Positions 29,296 through 41,096 of a stretch of 64,000 nt of DNA are shown here, in pieces (the stretch's first letter is position 1; each line of letters begins with the position of its first letter). Origin of the DNA: Thermoanaerobaculia bacterium (GTDB lineage: Bacteria > Acidobacteriota > Thermoanaerobaculia > Gp7-AA8); NCBI GenBank assembly GCA_035544735.1, contig DATKCD010000013.1:3412-67411 (forward strand), written 5' to 3'. Below the pieces are notes generated by a model. The model saw only the letters and a list, made by a program, of their open reading frames with translations, was not told where the DNA came from and searched no databases. Position numbers and translations under genes: made by a program.

Positions 29296-30940
29296 GCGAA
29301 CCCTCCGTATACCCCGCCTCCGTGAAGCCGTGATAGTCGTACGCCTCCCACGTCACGACCGGAGTCTCGTGAAAGTTCTCCGTCGGCGGAGGCGAAGAGG
29401 TGGCCCACTCCAGCCCGACGGCCCCCCACGGGTTCGCACCCGCCTTCTTCCCGTACTTCAGCGACCAGAGGAAGTACAGCAGCGGAAGCGCGTACCCGAC
29501 GCCGAGGATCGACGCTCCGGCCGACGACATGACGTTCAGGACCTGGAACTCCGGGACGTAGACGTGATAACGCCTCGGCATCCCGAGGTATCCCAGCAGG
29601 AACTGCGGGAAGAACGCCAGGTTGAATCCGACGAAGACGAGCATCGCCGCCAGCCTCCCCCACCACTCCGGATACATCCGCCCGGTCATCTTGGGCCACC
29701 AGTAGTGCATCCCTGCGAAATAGGCCATGACGGTGCCGCCGACCATGATGTAGTGGAAGTGGGCGACGATGAAGTAGGTGTCGTGAACGTGAATGTCGAG
29801 CCCGAGAGCCGCCAGGAACAGCCCGGTCACGCCGCCGACCGCGAAAAGTCCGAGAAAGCCGAGCGCATACAGCATCGGCGTGTGGTACGAGACGGACCCC
29901 CGGTAGAGCGTGAAGGTCCAGTTGAAGATCTTGATGGCCGAAGGGACGGCGACGAACATGCTGAGGAACGAGAAGATCATGGCGCTGTAGACCGAGATGC
30001 CGGCGACGAACATGTGGTGGGCCCAGACCAGAAAACCCAGCAGGGCGATCCCCAGGCTCGAGAACGCGACGAACTCGTAGCCGAACACTCGTTTGCGGCT
30101 GAATGCCGCGATGACGTCGCTGATCACGCCCATCGCCGGGAGGATCATGATGTAGACCGCCGGATGGGAGTAGAACCAGAACAGATGCTGGTACAGGATG
30201 GGATCGCCGCCGATGGCCGGGTCGAAGATCCCGACTCCCAGCAGACGCTCGGCGGCCAGGAGCAGGAGCGTGATCGCCAGCACGGGCGTGGCGAGCAACT
30301 GGATGATGCTCGTCCCGTAGAGGGCCCAGACGAACAGCGGCATCCGGAACCAGGTCATTCCCGGCGCGCGCATCCGGTGCACCGTCACCATGAAGTTGAG
30401 CCCCGTCAGGATCGACGAGAACCCGATGACGAACGCGCCCAGGGTCATCAGCACCACGTGCGAGTTCGAGTACGCCGTCGAGTAAGGCGTGTAGAAGGTC
30501 CACCCCGTGTCGACTCCGCCCAGCATGATGATGACCAGGGTCCCGATCGCGCCGATCATGTACAGATACCAGCTCAGCAGATTGAGCTTCGGGAACGCCA
30601 GATCCTTCGCTCCGATCTGGATCGGGAGGAGGAAGTTCCCAAGCACCGCCGGGATCCCCGGAATCAGGAAGAGAAAGATCATCACGATCCCGTGGAGCGT
30701 GAACATCTTGTTGTAGGTGTCGGAGGTCATCAGGTCGCCCTGAGGGGTGAGCAGCTCGACGCGCATCAGCACGGCGAACAGCCCTCCGACGAAGAACATC
30801 AGCGTGATCGCGATGACGTAGAGAATCGCGATTCTCTTGTGGTCGATCGTCAGGAGCCACGAGGCGACGCCGTACTCCTTGTTGATGTACGTCGTGCGCG
30901 GCTCGGCGCCCGGATTCGTATCGAGGACTGCGCTCGTCAT
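29285..30940 (-). CDS. ctaD: Cytochrome c oxidase subunit I
   Basis: 551 aa. [15 protein letters not shown] and HFHYIM heme/CuB ligand motifs. ATGA overlap with subunit II. Confidence 0.95.
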   Translation of the reverse strand: MTSAVLDTNPGAEPRTTYINKEYGVASWLLTIDHKRIAILYVIAITLMFFVGGLFAVLMRVELLTPQGDLMTSDTYNKMFTLHGIVMIFLFLIPGIPAVLGNFLLPIQIGAKDLAFPKLNLLSWYLYMIGAIGTLVIIMLGGVDTGWTFYTPYSTAYSNSHVVLMTLGAFVIGFSSILTGLNFMVTVHRMRAPGMTWFRMPLFVWALYGTSIIQLLATPVLAITLLLLAAERLLGVGIFDPAIGGDPILYQHLFWFYSHPAVYIMILPAMGVISDVIAAFSRKRVFGYEFVAFSSLGIALLGFLVWAHHMFVAGISVYSAMIFSFLSMFVAVPSAIKIFNWTFTLYRGSVSYHTPMLYALGFLGLFAVGGVTGLFLAALGLDIHVHDTYFIVAHFHYIMVGGTVMAYFAGMHYWWPKMTGRMYPEWWGRLAAMLVFVGFNLAFFPQFLLGYLGMPRRYHVYVPEFQVLNVMSSAGASILGVGYALPLLYFLWSLKYGKKAGANPWGAVGLEWATSSPPPTENFHETPVVTWEAYDYHGFTEAGYTEGSRER

Positions 30941-31956
30941 GGTCGTCGGTTTCCTGTCCCCGGCGTCCCGGTGATGGTGCTCCGCGTCGCGTCGTTGCTC
31001 GCTCCCCCGTCCGGCGGCCGTTCCGCCTCCGGTGCGAGCGACTTGATGAAGGTCAGCAGATAGATGAGCTGCTGCTCGTCGACCTGCCCCTGGTACGACG
31101 GCATCAGCGGCTCGTATCCGGCGACCACCTTCGCCGCCGGGTTCAGGATCGACTCGCGGACGTAGTTCTCGTCGGCGACGACCGTCTGTCCGTTGCGGAG
31201 GCGCACCTCGCTGCCGAACAGACCCGTAAGCGCCGGCCCCCGCGCGCGCGGCCCCTCATCGGCGTGGCAGGTATCGCAGGCGAGCGCGGTGAACAACTCC
31301 CGCCCCTGCTCGACCGGTGAAGCGACGGCCCCTCCCGCGAGCCAGCTCTGATATCCCGACTGCGGCATGACCACGATGCTGCCGATCATTCTGGAGTGCT
31401 CGGTGCCACAGTACTCGGCGCAGAAGAGATGGTAGCGACCGACCTTCGTCGGACGGAACCAGACGCTCGTGTAGCGGTGCGGAAGCACGTCCCGCTTCAC
31501 CCGCATCGACGGAAGATAGAAGCTGTGGATCACGTCCTCGGAGGCCATGATCATCCGGATCGGACGGTCGAGCGGGACGTGGAGCTCGTTGATCTCCTGC
31601 TGTCCCCCGACGTGCTGGAACTTCCACATCCAGCGCTTGCCGGTCGCCCAGACCTCGAGCGCATCGTCGGGCGGCCGGTTGATCTCGAAGTAGAGCTTCG
31701 CTCCCCAGAAGTAAATCGCCATGAAGGCGATGAACGGGATCACGATCCAGGCGTACTCCAGATACTTGTTCTCCGGCTCGTGCGCGGGAACCTCGTTCTG
31801 CGGGGTCCGCCGGTACTTGACGGCGAACAGGATGACGAGGATCACCACCAGGGCGGTCGCCGAGCCGGTGACCGCGATGAGGAACCAGTAGAGCTGGTCG
31901 ACCTCGCGAGCCACGCTCGAGGCAGCCTCGGGGAACAGCGGGAAGTCGGTGAACAT
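30937..31956 (-). CDS. ctaC: Cytochrome c oxidase subunit II with fused C-terminal cytochrome c domain
   Basis: 339 aa. CuA site (HSF...[12 protein letters not shown]) and C-terminal CDTCH heme-binding motif. Confidence 0.9.
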   Translation of the reverse strand: MFTDFPLFPEAASSVAREVDQLYWFLIAVTGSATALVVILVILFAVKYRRTPQNEVPAHEPENKYLEYAWIVIPFIAFMAIYFWGAKLYFEINRPPDDALEVWATGKRWMWKFQHVGGQQEINELHVPLDRPIRMIMASEDVIHSFYLPSMRVKRDVLPHRYTSVWFRPTKVGRYHLFCAEYCGTEHSRMIGSIVVMPQSGYQSWLAGGAVASPVEQGRELFTALACDTCHADEGPRARGPALTGLFGSEVRLRNGQTVVADENYVRESILNPAAKVVAGYEPLMPSYQGQVDEQQLIYLLTFIKSLAPEAERPPDGGASNDATRSTITGTPGTGNRRP

Positions 31957-31963
31957 GACGGTG

Positions 31964-32773
31964 TCAGTCTCGCTCGATCTCTGCGTTCACGCGACCGCGC
32001 CGCGTCAGGATGACGATGAATCCGCCGAGGGCGAGAACCGTGGCCACCCCGCCCAGCCGCACCAGGTTCATCGCCATCGCCGTGTACCTGCCGGTCGACG
32101 CATCGTACTGGTAGCAGAGCAGCAGAAGCTGCTCGGTCACACCGCCGATCCTGTTCTTCGAGGCTTCGACCAGCCCAAGCCGCAGGTCCCGCGGCCCGTA
32201 TTCGATCCCCCAGAAGTACTTCGAGATCCGTCCCTCGGGCGTCGCCACCACCACCATCGCCGCATGCGCGAACTCGCCCGACTTCCCGTCGAACGTATAG
32301 CGGAACCCGAGCGCATTCGTCAGCGCCCGGATCGAAGCTTCGTCACCCGTCAGGAAATGCCAGCCGTCGGCAGAGCCGGGACGTCCGTACTTTTTCGTGT
32401 ACCGCTCCTTCTTCGCCGCGGCCGCCTCCGCCCCGTCCCGCGGATCGAAGCTGAAGGTGACGATCTCGTACTCCTCACCCACCTTGAACGGGATCTCGTG
32501 GATCGCGCTCACCAGGCCGTCGAGCACGAGCCCGCACAGCATGGGGCAGGAGTAGTAGACGGGTGTGATGACGACCGGCTTGTCGCCGAAGTAATCGCCG
32601 AGCCGCACCTGCTTTCCGCTCTCGTCGTGGAGCACGGTCTCGAGCGGCAGGAGCGCGTTGATCCGCGGCTCGACGTTCGCCAGGCCGGCGGGCCCGCGCG
32701 CGGAGAGGTATTCCTGGGCCGCCGCCGGAAGCGCGGCCAGAGCGAAGGCGAGAACGAGAAGTCTCCGGGTCAT
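31964..32773 (-). CDS. SCO1/SenC copper chaperone for oxidase assembly
   Basis: Start refined to MTRRLLVLAFA. Thioredoxin-like fold with CPMLC and downstream His. Confidence 0.85.
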   Translation of the reverse strand: MTRRLLVLAFALAALPAAAQEYLSARGPAGLANVEPRINALLPLETVLHDESGKQVRLGDYFGDKPVVITPVYYSCPMLCGLVLDGLVSAIHEIPFKVGEEYEIVTFSFDPRDGAEAAAAKKERYTKKYGRPGSADGWHFLTGDEASIRALTNALGFRYTFDGKSGEFAHAAMVVVATPEGRISKYFWGIEYGPRDLRLGLVEASKNRIGGVTEQLLLLCYQYDASTGRYTAMAMNLVRLGGVATVLALGGFIVILTRRGRVNAEIERD

Positions 32774-33303
32774 CGTCGTGGGGGCTCCGAGGCCGCAGGC
32801 GGCCGCTCGTCCGGACCTGCCGGTGAGAGCTCGCCGGCCGTGGTCGTGGGTGCGCCGGGCGCGAGGGGGAATCCGCGGCGGAGCTGGAGATCCATCGCGC
32901 GATCGACCGGCATCCGCACCCTCCCCTCCCCCTCGTCGACCCATCCCCAGCTCTCCATCCGCCGCCGCTGCTCGCTCCGCATCCGCTCCATGTCGTGCGG
33001 GGGAACCGAATGGAGAGGGCTGACCGAGGCTCCCGTCGCGGTCGGCGCGGGGAACGGCTGGAGCCGCGGCGCGGGCGGAAGCTTCGCGCCTTCGCCTTTG
33101 ACCAGGGAGATCGGAAGCAGGTCGGGATCCCGCTCGGCGCGGATCAGGAACTGCAGATGAAACCAGAGGAGCACGTGCGAGACGATCGCGAAGACGACGA
33201 AGATGACCGTGAACCAGAGTATGGCGCGGACGTCGACGTCGGTCTGCTCGTGGTGGACCTCGGGGTTGACCGGCTCGGAGTCGCGAGGCGTCTCATCCTG
33301 CAT
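32770..33303 (-). CDS. Small single-TM protein at the ActG position of the ACIII operon
   Basis: 177 aa. One TM helix (ILWFTVIFVVFAIVSHVLLWF). Overlaps the actF stop. P/A-rich tail. Confidence 0.45.
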   Translation of the reverse strand: MQDETPRDSEPVNPEVHHEQTDVDVRAILWFTVIFVVFAIVSHVLLWFHLQFLIRAERDPDLLPISLVKGEGAKLPPAPRLQPFPAPTATGASVSPLHSVPPHDMERMRSEQRRRMESWGWVDEGEGRVRMPVDRAMDLQLRRGFPLAPGAPTTTAGELSPAGPDERPPAASEPPRR

Positions 33304-34516
33304 GGGACAGGGCCTCCTTCACGTGCGGTTCGTAGAGCGGCAGGAGCGCCCGCTTCCGAAGGCTCCCGAGGAAGAGGACGAACCAGAGCGCGAGAAGCGC
33401 GATGAACGCCGCCGGGTCCATCCAACTGACGTGAAACGGCGCGCCGTGGACCGCCGGGTGCGACGCGGCCGCCTCCCCGCCGTGCCCACCGAGCCAGGCC
33501 GGGGCCGCGATCCAGAACACGTCGATCACGCGCATCAGGAGCACGAGCCCGGCGACCGTTCCGAGGGTCGCGGGGCGGTCCTTGATCGGCCGCATCAGCA
33601 GCAGAGTGAACGGAAGGAAAAAGTGGAACATGAGAAGCACGACCGCGATCACGCCCCAGCCGCCGTGCATCCGGGTGAGGTAGTAGGGGGTCTCCTCGCG
33701 GATGTTGCCGTACCAGATCAACAGGAACTGCGAAAAGGCGGTATAGGCCCAGAGCATCACGAACGCGAGCATGAGGTTGCCGAAATCGCGGAAGTTCGTC
33801 GGCTCGACCACGACCGAGTAGGGCTCCGATCGCGCGAGGCGCACGACGACCATCGTGAGCACGGCCCAGCCGCTGAGCAGACAGCCGATCACGAACGAGA
33901 GTCCGTACATCGTCGAGAACCAGTGAGGCTCGAGCGACATGAGCCAGTCGACCGAAGCGAAGGTGAGCGTCAACCCGATCGCGAGGAGGCCGAATCCGGA
34001 GAGCCGCCGCAGCCGCAGCTCCACCCAGGGGTCGTGACGCTCGTCGAGGCCCCGTCCCCACCGCACGATCAGCATCGCGATGACGCTCCAGAGCGCGAAG
34101 AAAGCGATGCCGCGGATCGTGAAGAAGGACGGATTGAGATACGCCTGCTTGTGCTGGAGCAGGGCGTCGTGAGCGAGGACCTCCGGATGGGACCAGACGT
34201 AGATCGACTTCATTCCGATGAGCACGGGGATGAATCCGAGACCGACGATCGGGATGGTCGACGCGGCGGCTTCGGCGGGGCGGCGCATCAGCACGCCCCA
34301 GATCCCGCCCGTGAGGTACTGGATCAGGAGGACGGCGAGGCCCCCGACGGAGATCATGACGAGCAGCACCCACGCCATCAGCCAGGAGCGGAAGAACTGT
34401 TCGGTGTCGGCGAAGGCGCCGGCCAGAAGAGCGACCGACGAGATCGCGCCGAGGATCAGAGCGGGCCTGCGGAGAGCGAAAAGCTCCTCGCCGCCGCCGG
34501 TTCGGCCTGCATCCAT
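33293..34516 (-). CDS. actF: Alternative complex III subunit ActF (NrfD-like membrane subunit)
   Basis: Start refined to MDAGRTGG (ATGA overlap with the actE stop). About 10 TM helices. The N-terminal 200 aa of the listed ORF is an out-of-frame artefact. Confidence 0.8.
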   Translation of the reverse strand: MDAGRTGGGEELFALRRPALILGAISSVALLAGAFADTEQFFRSWLMAWVLLVMISVGGLAVLLIQYLTGGIWGVLMRRPAEAAASTIPIVGLGFIPVLIGMKSIYVWSHPEVLAHDALLQHKQAYLNPSFFTIRGIAFFALWSVIAMLIVRWGRGLDERHDPWVELRLRRLSGFGLLAIGLTLTFASVDWLMSLEPHWFSTMYGLSFVIGCLLSGWAVLTMVVVRLARSEPYSVVVEPTNFRDFGNLMLAFVMLWAYTAFSQFLLIWYGNIREETPYYLTRMHGGWGVIAVVLLMFHFFLPFTLLLMRPIKDRPATLGTVAGLVLLMRVIDVFWIAAPAWLGGHGGEAAASHPAVHGAPFHVSWMDPAAFIALLALWFVLFLGSLRKRALLPLYEPHVKEALSHAG

Positions 34517-35142
34517 CACTCTGAGCCTCCGGTGAACAATTGCGCGCGCTCGGCTTCGGGGACCTCCGCCAGCGGCGCGTCCTGACTGAGCTGCAGCACG
34601 CGAATCCAGGCGACGATCAGCCACCGGTCGCGCACCGGAATCTGCGCCGCATACGGCGGCATGACGCCGAACCCGTTGGCGATCACGTCGTAGAAGTGAC
34701 CGGCCGTACGCTCCCGCAGCAGCTCCGAGTGGAACGAGGGGGGCCGTCGGAAGCCTCGCTCGACGATCATCCCGTCGCCCGCTCCGACCATTCCGTGACA
34801 CGGGCTGCAGAAGATCTCGTAGCGCTCCCTTCCCCGCTCCAGATCCTCCCGGCCGATCTCGAAGGGGTAGGCATCGACCGGGACCCCGCCGATCCTGCCC
34901 GTGTGGAGGAGCGACTCGTCGCGGAGCCCTCCGCGGGGGACGGTTCCGGGGACGGGCTGGCGCGCCGACATGCCGTCGGCGAACAGCAGGCTCGGCTCGA
35001 GCGGCCTGTAGCTCGGCTGATCGGCCATTTTCTGCGGCGGCCTGCAGGCGGCGAGCGCGAGCACGACGCCGAGGGCGAGCGGCGCGATGCGCCTGAGCCT
35101 CGCCGCGGGCGTGCATTCTGTAAACGCGCTACCACGGGACAT
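34516..35142 (-). CDS. actE: Alternative complex III monoheme cytochrome c subunit ActE
   Basis: Start refined to MSRGSAFT. Lipobox ALAAC. Single CSPCH. Confidence 0.75.
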   Translation of the reverse strand: MSRGSAFTECTPAARLRRIAPLALGVVLALAACRPPQKMADQPSYRPLEPSLLFADGMSARQPVPGTVPRGGLRDESLLHTGRIGGVPVDAYPFEIGREDLERGRERYEIFCSPCHGMVGAGDGMIVERGFRRPPSFHSELLRERTAGHFYDVIANGFGVMPPYAAQIPVRDRWLIVAWIRVLQLSQDAPLAEVPEAERAQLFTGGSE

Positions 35143-35668
35143 CGGACACCTCGAGCGGACGGAGCGCTTCCAGGAACCTGCGGGTCTCGTCGCGGCGGAA
35201 CTTCGGATCGCTCGCCTCGATGCTGAGGAAGAACTGATCGCGCGTCGCCAGGACGAAACGGCCGACGTTGAAGACGGGATGGTACGGTTCGGGCAGCCGG
35301 TTGAGCGCGAGCATGCCGAAGATCGCGGCGAACGCCGCGAACAGGATCGCGAGCTCGAACGAGATCGGAATCCACGCGGGCCACGAGTTGAGCGGGCGTC
35401 CACCGATGTTGAGCGGATAGTGGATCACCGTCGCGAAGTACTGCATGCCGAACCCCGTCACGAAGCCGAGAATCCCTCCCGCGAGGACGATCATCGGCAG
35501 CTTCGTGTGGTGGAATCCGATCGCCTCGTGGAGCCCCTCCACGGGGAACGGCGTGAATGCGTCGATCCGCGTATAGCCGGCCTCGCGCGTCTTCTCCGCC
35601 GCCTCGATCAGACTCGTCGGGTCGTCGAACTCGGCCAGCAGCCCCCACGTCTCGGTTTTCGGCCTCAT
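35129..35668 (-). CDS. actD: Alternative complex III subunit ActD (DUF3341)
   Basis: 179 aa. 2 TM. Position and size match ActD. Confidence 0.75.
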   Translation of the reverse strand: MRPKTETWGLLAEFDDPTSLIEAAEKTREAGYTRIDAFTPFPVEGLHEAIGFHHTKLPMIVLAGGILGFVTGFGMQYFATVIHYPLNIGGRPLNSWPAWIPISFELAILFAAFAAIFGMLALNRLPEPYHPVFNVGRFVLATRDQFFLSIEASDPKFRRDETRRFLEALRPLEVSDVPW

Positions 35669-35669
35669 G

Positions 35670-37082
<1,413 letters not shown>

Positions 37083-37085
37083 CGA

Positions 37086-40000
37086 TTATTCCGCCGGCTC
37101 GGTCGAGGAAGCGGGAGCGGCCCGCCGGGCGAGCTCCGGATTCGGATTCTTGAGCGCGCCGAGGTACGAGGTGCGCGGCTGCGTGTTGAGCTCGGTCAGC
37201 ATGCCGTAATTCAGCGGCTCGGCGCGCAGGCGCGCGACGTCCGAATCGGAGTCGTTCAGGTCTCCGAATCGGATCGCACGCGTCGGACACGCCTGCGCGC
37301 ACGCCGTCGTGAACTCGCCGTCCCGGATCCGCCTCCCATCCTTCTCCGCCTCGATTCGATGCTCGTTGATCCGCTGGATGCAGTACGTGCACTTCTCCAT
37401 CACGCCGCGCGAGCGGACTGTGACGTCCGGATTCCGCATCGCCTTGTAGCTCTCCGTCTCGAAGTCCGCATACGAGAGGAAATTGAATCGCCGCACCTTG
37501 TAAGGACAGTTGTTCGCGCAGTACCGCGTTCCCACGCAGCGGTTGTAGGTCATCTCGTTGATGCCCTCGTCGCTGTGCGAGGTCGCCTCGACCGGGCACA
37601 CCGGCTCGCACGGTGCATTCTCGCAGTGCATGCAGGGGATCGGCACGTTGTACATCCCGATGTCGGGGTCGTTCGGGTCTCCCTTGTAGTAGTGGTCCGT
37701 CCGGATCCAGTGCATCTCCCGCCCCACCAGCACCTGCTCCTTGCCGACGACCGGAATGCTGTTCTCCGCCTGACACGCGATCGTGCAGATCCCGCAGCCC
37801 GTGCACACGTTCGTGTCGATCACCATCCCCCACGCGTACGTCTCGTACGGCCATTCGGGATAGAGCGACGGGCCCCCTTTGATCTCGAGTCCCGGAACCC
37901 TCAGAAATTCCGGGTTCTCCCGATAGCGATCGAGCGTCCCCGAGCGGACGATGTTTCGTCTCGCCCCCGCCCCGTCGGCGAGCTCCCAGGCGAGCTCGTG
38001 GTGCATCTGCACCGTCGCGAGCCGCACTCTCCGTCCGGTCTTCCGGACGGTGACTCCGCGCACGATGTCTCCCCCGGCGAGCGTGCGGAACGGATAGACG
38101 TCGGTCCCGGTGCCTCGGCCGACCTCCCCCGTCCGGAGGGCACCGTAGCCGTAGTCCAGAGTGATCGAATCGTCCGCGTGCGCCGGCACGCTCCAGACGG
38201 GCGCCTGCACCGTCCGCCCCCCCGCTTCGATCTCGATCACGTCGCCGTTGGCCACCTTCAGGACGCTCGCCGTCGCCGGGCTCATGAGGGCCGCATTGTC
38301 CCAGGTGAGCTTCGTGACCGGCTTCGGCAGCTCCTGCAACCACGAGTTGTTCGCGAACCGGCCGTCGTGAATCATCGGATCGGGCCGGAGTACGACCTCG
38401 ATTCCGGCGGCGCCGCGCGGCGCCGCGGCCGGGATCGCACCCGAGGCGGGCGCGGAGACCGGAGGGAGAGCGCTGTCGGGAATGACGCCATCGTGCAGCC
38501 AGCGGTTCCAGGTCGCGTCGAAATCCGCGCCCGTTCGGGCGCGCTCGCGCCAGAAGTCGCGCACGATCTCGTGCCCCGTCCGGATGTCTTCGTTCAGCGC
38601 GGCAAGGATCTCGTGAACCGAGGCTCCGTTGTAGAGGGGGCGGATCAGCGGCTGGACGATCGAGACGGTGCCGTCGCAGGCGCGGGTGTCGCTCCACGCT
38701 TCGAGGAAATGGGTCGCCGGAACGTGCCAGTGTGAGCGGGCGGAGGTCTCGTCGTAATAGGTTCCGAGGTGGACGCGGAACGGAACGAAATCCATGGCGC
38801 GGGCGAACTCGAGGTCGGCGGGAGCGGTAAAGGCGGGGTTTCCGCCGAGAATCAGGAGGGCGCGGACGCGCCCGGCCCGCATGTCGGTCGCGAGGCGCCG
38901 CATCGATTCCCCCTGATTGACGGGGTTGGCCTCGACAGGCTCGATGTAATGGACGGTCCGGCCGGCGTTGCCGAGGGCGGCGTTGATCGCATGGACGATC
39001 GCATGGACGGCCGGCGGCTGGTTTTCTCCCGCGAGCACGATCGAGCGGCCGGGATGGGCGCGCAGATCGCGCGCCACGGCCTCCGCCCACGCCGATCGCG
39101 CTCCCGCGTCCACCCTCGTCCCGACGCCGATCTCGCCGGCGATCGCCCGGGCCAGCGTCTCGATCTCCCCGGCGGGAATCGCGACGCGGTGGTCGGCCAT
39201 CGTCCCGGTCGGCGTCGGCATCGACTCGGCGACGTAGAGGCGGTTCATCGTCGCCGCGCCCGCCCGCACGCGCCTCCGGTCCATGAAGTCGCGCGTGTAT
39301 CGGACGAATCCCGGCTCGCGCGCGAGAAAATCGGAGTCGAGCGCGAGCACCACGTCCGCACCGCCGAAATGACGGACCGTCTGCAGCGGCCGGCCGAACG
39401 CCAGCCGCGACCCCTCCAGCACGCTGTCCCGCGTCACCGGCTGCCACGTGTGCCACGCCGCCGCCGGATACCGCTGGAGGATCTCCCTCATCTGGCTCCC
39501 GGCCGTCGGCGAGCTCATCCCCTCGGTCAGGACCCGCAGCCCCTCTCCGCCCGAGCCCCGCAGCGTCTGAAGCGTCGCCTGAAGCGCCGAGACGAACGCC
39601 GCCCAGGTCGAGACATCGCCCGTGTAGCGGACCGTCCCCGAGCGCTCGGGATCGTAGAGCGAGAGAATCGACGCCTGCGCGAAATGATCGGTCGCCCCGA
39701 GGCTTCCCGGGTGATCGGGATTCCCTTCGATCTTCGTGGGGCGTCCCATGTGGCTCTCGACGAGCACGCCGGCGCCGACCCCGTCGAGCTCCATCGCCGA
39801 GGCGTAGAACAACGGCCTGCCCGGGACGAGCTGCTCCGGGGCGTCGACCCAGGGGACGATGGTCTCGGCGGGCGGAGTGCAGGCGGCGAGCCCGCCCATC
39901 GCGACCGAAGCCCCCATCAGACGGAGGAAGTCGCGGCGATCGACGCCCTCCCCCGTCGCCGCCGACTCTCGCGCGAGCTCTTCGCGAAGGACTTCGTGGA

Positions 40001-40112
40001 GCGAAGGATCCTCGGCGAGCTCTTCGAGCGCGCGCCAGTACTCCGGGGCGTTCTCCCCCGAGAGTCGCGCGCCGAAGGCGGCGAGATCGAGATGTCGTCG
40101 TCCTGTGGTCAT
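37086..40112 (-). CDS. actB: Alternative complex III subunit ActB (molybdopterin-oxidoreductase-like domain + 4Fe-4S ferredoxin domain)
   Basis: 1008 aa. Tat signal RRDFLRLMGASVAMGGLAA. Multiple CxxCxxCxxxCP clusters in the C-terminal third. Confidence 0.9.
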   Translation of the reverse strand: MTTGRRHLDLAAFGARLSGENAPEYWRALEELAEDPSLHEVLREELARESAATGEGVDRRDFLRLMGASVAMGGLAACTPPAETIVPWVDAPEQLVPGRPLFYASAMELDGVGAGVLVESHMGRPTKIEGNPDHPGSLGATDHFAQASILSLYDPERSGTVRYTGDVSTWAAFVSALQATLQTLRGSGGEGLRVLTEGMSSPTAGSQMREILQRYPAAAWHTWQPVTRDSVLEGSRLAFGRPLQTVRHFGGADVVLALDSDFLAREPGFVRYTRDFMDRRRVRAGAATMNRLYVAESMPTPTGTMADHRVAIPAGEIETLARAIAGEIGVGTRVDAGARSAWAEAVARDLRAHPGRSIVLAGENQPPAVHAIVHAINAALGNAGRTVHYIEPVEANPVNQGESMRRLATDMRAGRVRALLILGGNPAFTAPADLEFARAMDFVPFRVHLGTYYDETSARSHWHVPATHFLEAWSDTRACDGTVSIVQPLIRPLYNGASVHEILAALNEDIRTGHEIVRDFWRERARTGADFDATWNRWLHDGVIPDSALPPVSAPASGAIPAAAPRGAAGIEVVLRPDPMIHDGRFANNSWLQELPKPVTKLTWDNAALMSPATASVLKVANGDVIEIEAGGRTVQAPVWSVPAHADDSITLDYGYGALRTGEVGRGTGTDVYPFRTLAGGDIVRGVTVRKTGRRVRLATVQMHHELAWELADGAGARRNIVRSGTLDRYRENPEFLRVPGLEIKGGPSLYPEWPYETYAWGMVIDTNVCTGCGICTIACQAENSIPVVGKEQVLVGREMHWIRTDHYYKGDPNDPDIGMYNVPIPCMHCENAPCEPVCPVEATSHSDEGINEMTYNRCVGTRYCANNCPYKVRRFNFLSYADFETESYKAMRNPDVTVRSRGVMEKCTYCIQRINEHRIEAEKDGRRIRDGEFTTACAQACPTRAIRFGDLNDSDSDVARLRAEPLNYGMLTELNTQPRTSYLGALKNPNPELARRAAPASSTEPAE

Positions 40113-40155
40113 CGTCGGTCCAGAATCGAATCGCGCGGCGCGGCCCGCGCAGTCA

Positions 40156-40800
40156 TCAGTAATGGCAGATCGAGCAGTTGGTCTTCGAGCGGATCCCGTA
40201 GTCGCGGACGAGTCGTGGCCCGATCTCGTCCTGATCTTCCGGTTCCCACGTCATGTCGAACACCTTGTCACGGGGGCGGACGAACTCTTCGGGAGCGCGG
40301 TGGCATTCGAGGCACCACGACATCGACAGAGGCTTCTCCTGCCAGACCAGAGGCATCTGGTCGACGCGGCCGTGGCAGGAAACGCAGCCGATTCCCTTCT
40401 GGATGTGAATGCCGTGGTTGAAATGGACGAACTCCGGGAGCCTGTGGACGCGCTGCCAGCGGATCGGCTCGCCCTCGCGCAGGCTCGCCCGGACCGGCTC
40501 GAGCATCGCGGCGCCGGTCCAGATCTGCTTGTGGCAGTTCATGCAGGTGGCGGTCGGAGGTATCCCGGCGAACGAGGAGGTCTCGACGGAGGTATGGCAA
40601 TAACGACAGTCGATTCCGAGGCCGCTGACGTGGTGCTCGTGGCTGAATGGGACGGGCTGAGTCACCACGTCGCGCTGCCCCGTCGCGAACGGCGAGCGGT
40701 TCAACTGATACACGAACCACAGCGCGAACGCGACCAGGAAGACCGCGCCGAAGATGCTGAATCGAGAAAGCGTATTGGCGCTACGATGGAAGACTTGCAT
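40156..40800 (-). CDS. actA: Alternative complex III pentaheme cytochrome c subunit ActA
   Basis: 214 aa. N-terminal TM anchor. Five CxxCH motifs (CRYCH, CMNCH, CVSCH, CLECH, CSICH). Confidence 0.9.
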   Translation of the reverse strand: MQVFHRSANTLSRFSIFGAVFLVAFALWFVYQLNRSPFATGQRDVVTQPVPFSHEHHVSGLGIDCRYCHTSVETSSFAGIPPTATCMNCHKQIWTGAAMLEPVRASLREGEPIRWQRVHRLPEFVHFNHGIHIQKGIGCVSCHGRVDQMPLVWQEKPLSMSWCLECHRAPEEFVRPRDKVFDMTWEPEDQDEIGPRLVRDYGIRSKTNCSICHY

Positions 40801-41096
40801 TTCACGGATTCGGCCCTCGGAGCTCGCGGAGAGTGCGGGAGCGGCCGCGCCCGTAAGGCGGCGCTTACCCTACTCCGAACGACCGGGTTTGTCGAGTGTC
40901 GCGAGACGCGAAACGGCGCCCGTCATTCGCTCGTTCGCGAGCCATCAACTATCCGAAGTCCGCTCCCCGAGTCAATAGATTCGTCGTGCGCGCCGCCATC
41001 CTCGCCGTCCCTCTTACGATCGTGCATCAGGACCGCGTCTGGTCTGAATTCCGGCAGGAAGAGCGAACCTCCGGCCGTGTGTCGGCTCACGGCGGC

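Noticed and set aside
33293-35116. N-terminal 200 aa of the 607-aa ORF as part of ActF
   Set aside because: That part is an out-of-frame read across actE. The real ActF starts at MDAGRTGG (ATG 34514-34516) with an ATGA overlap.
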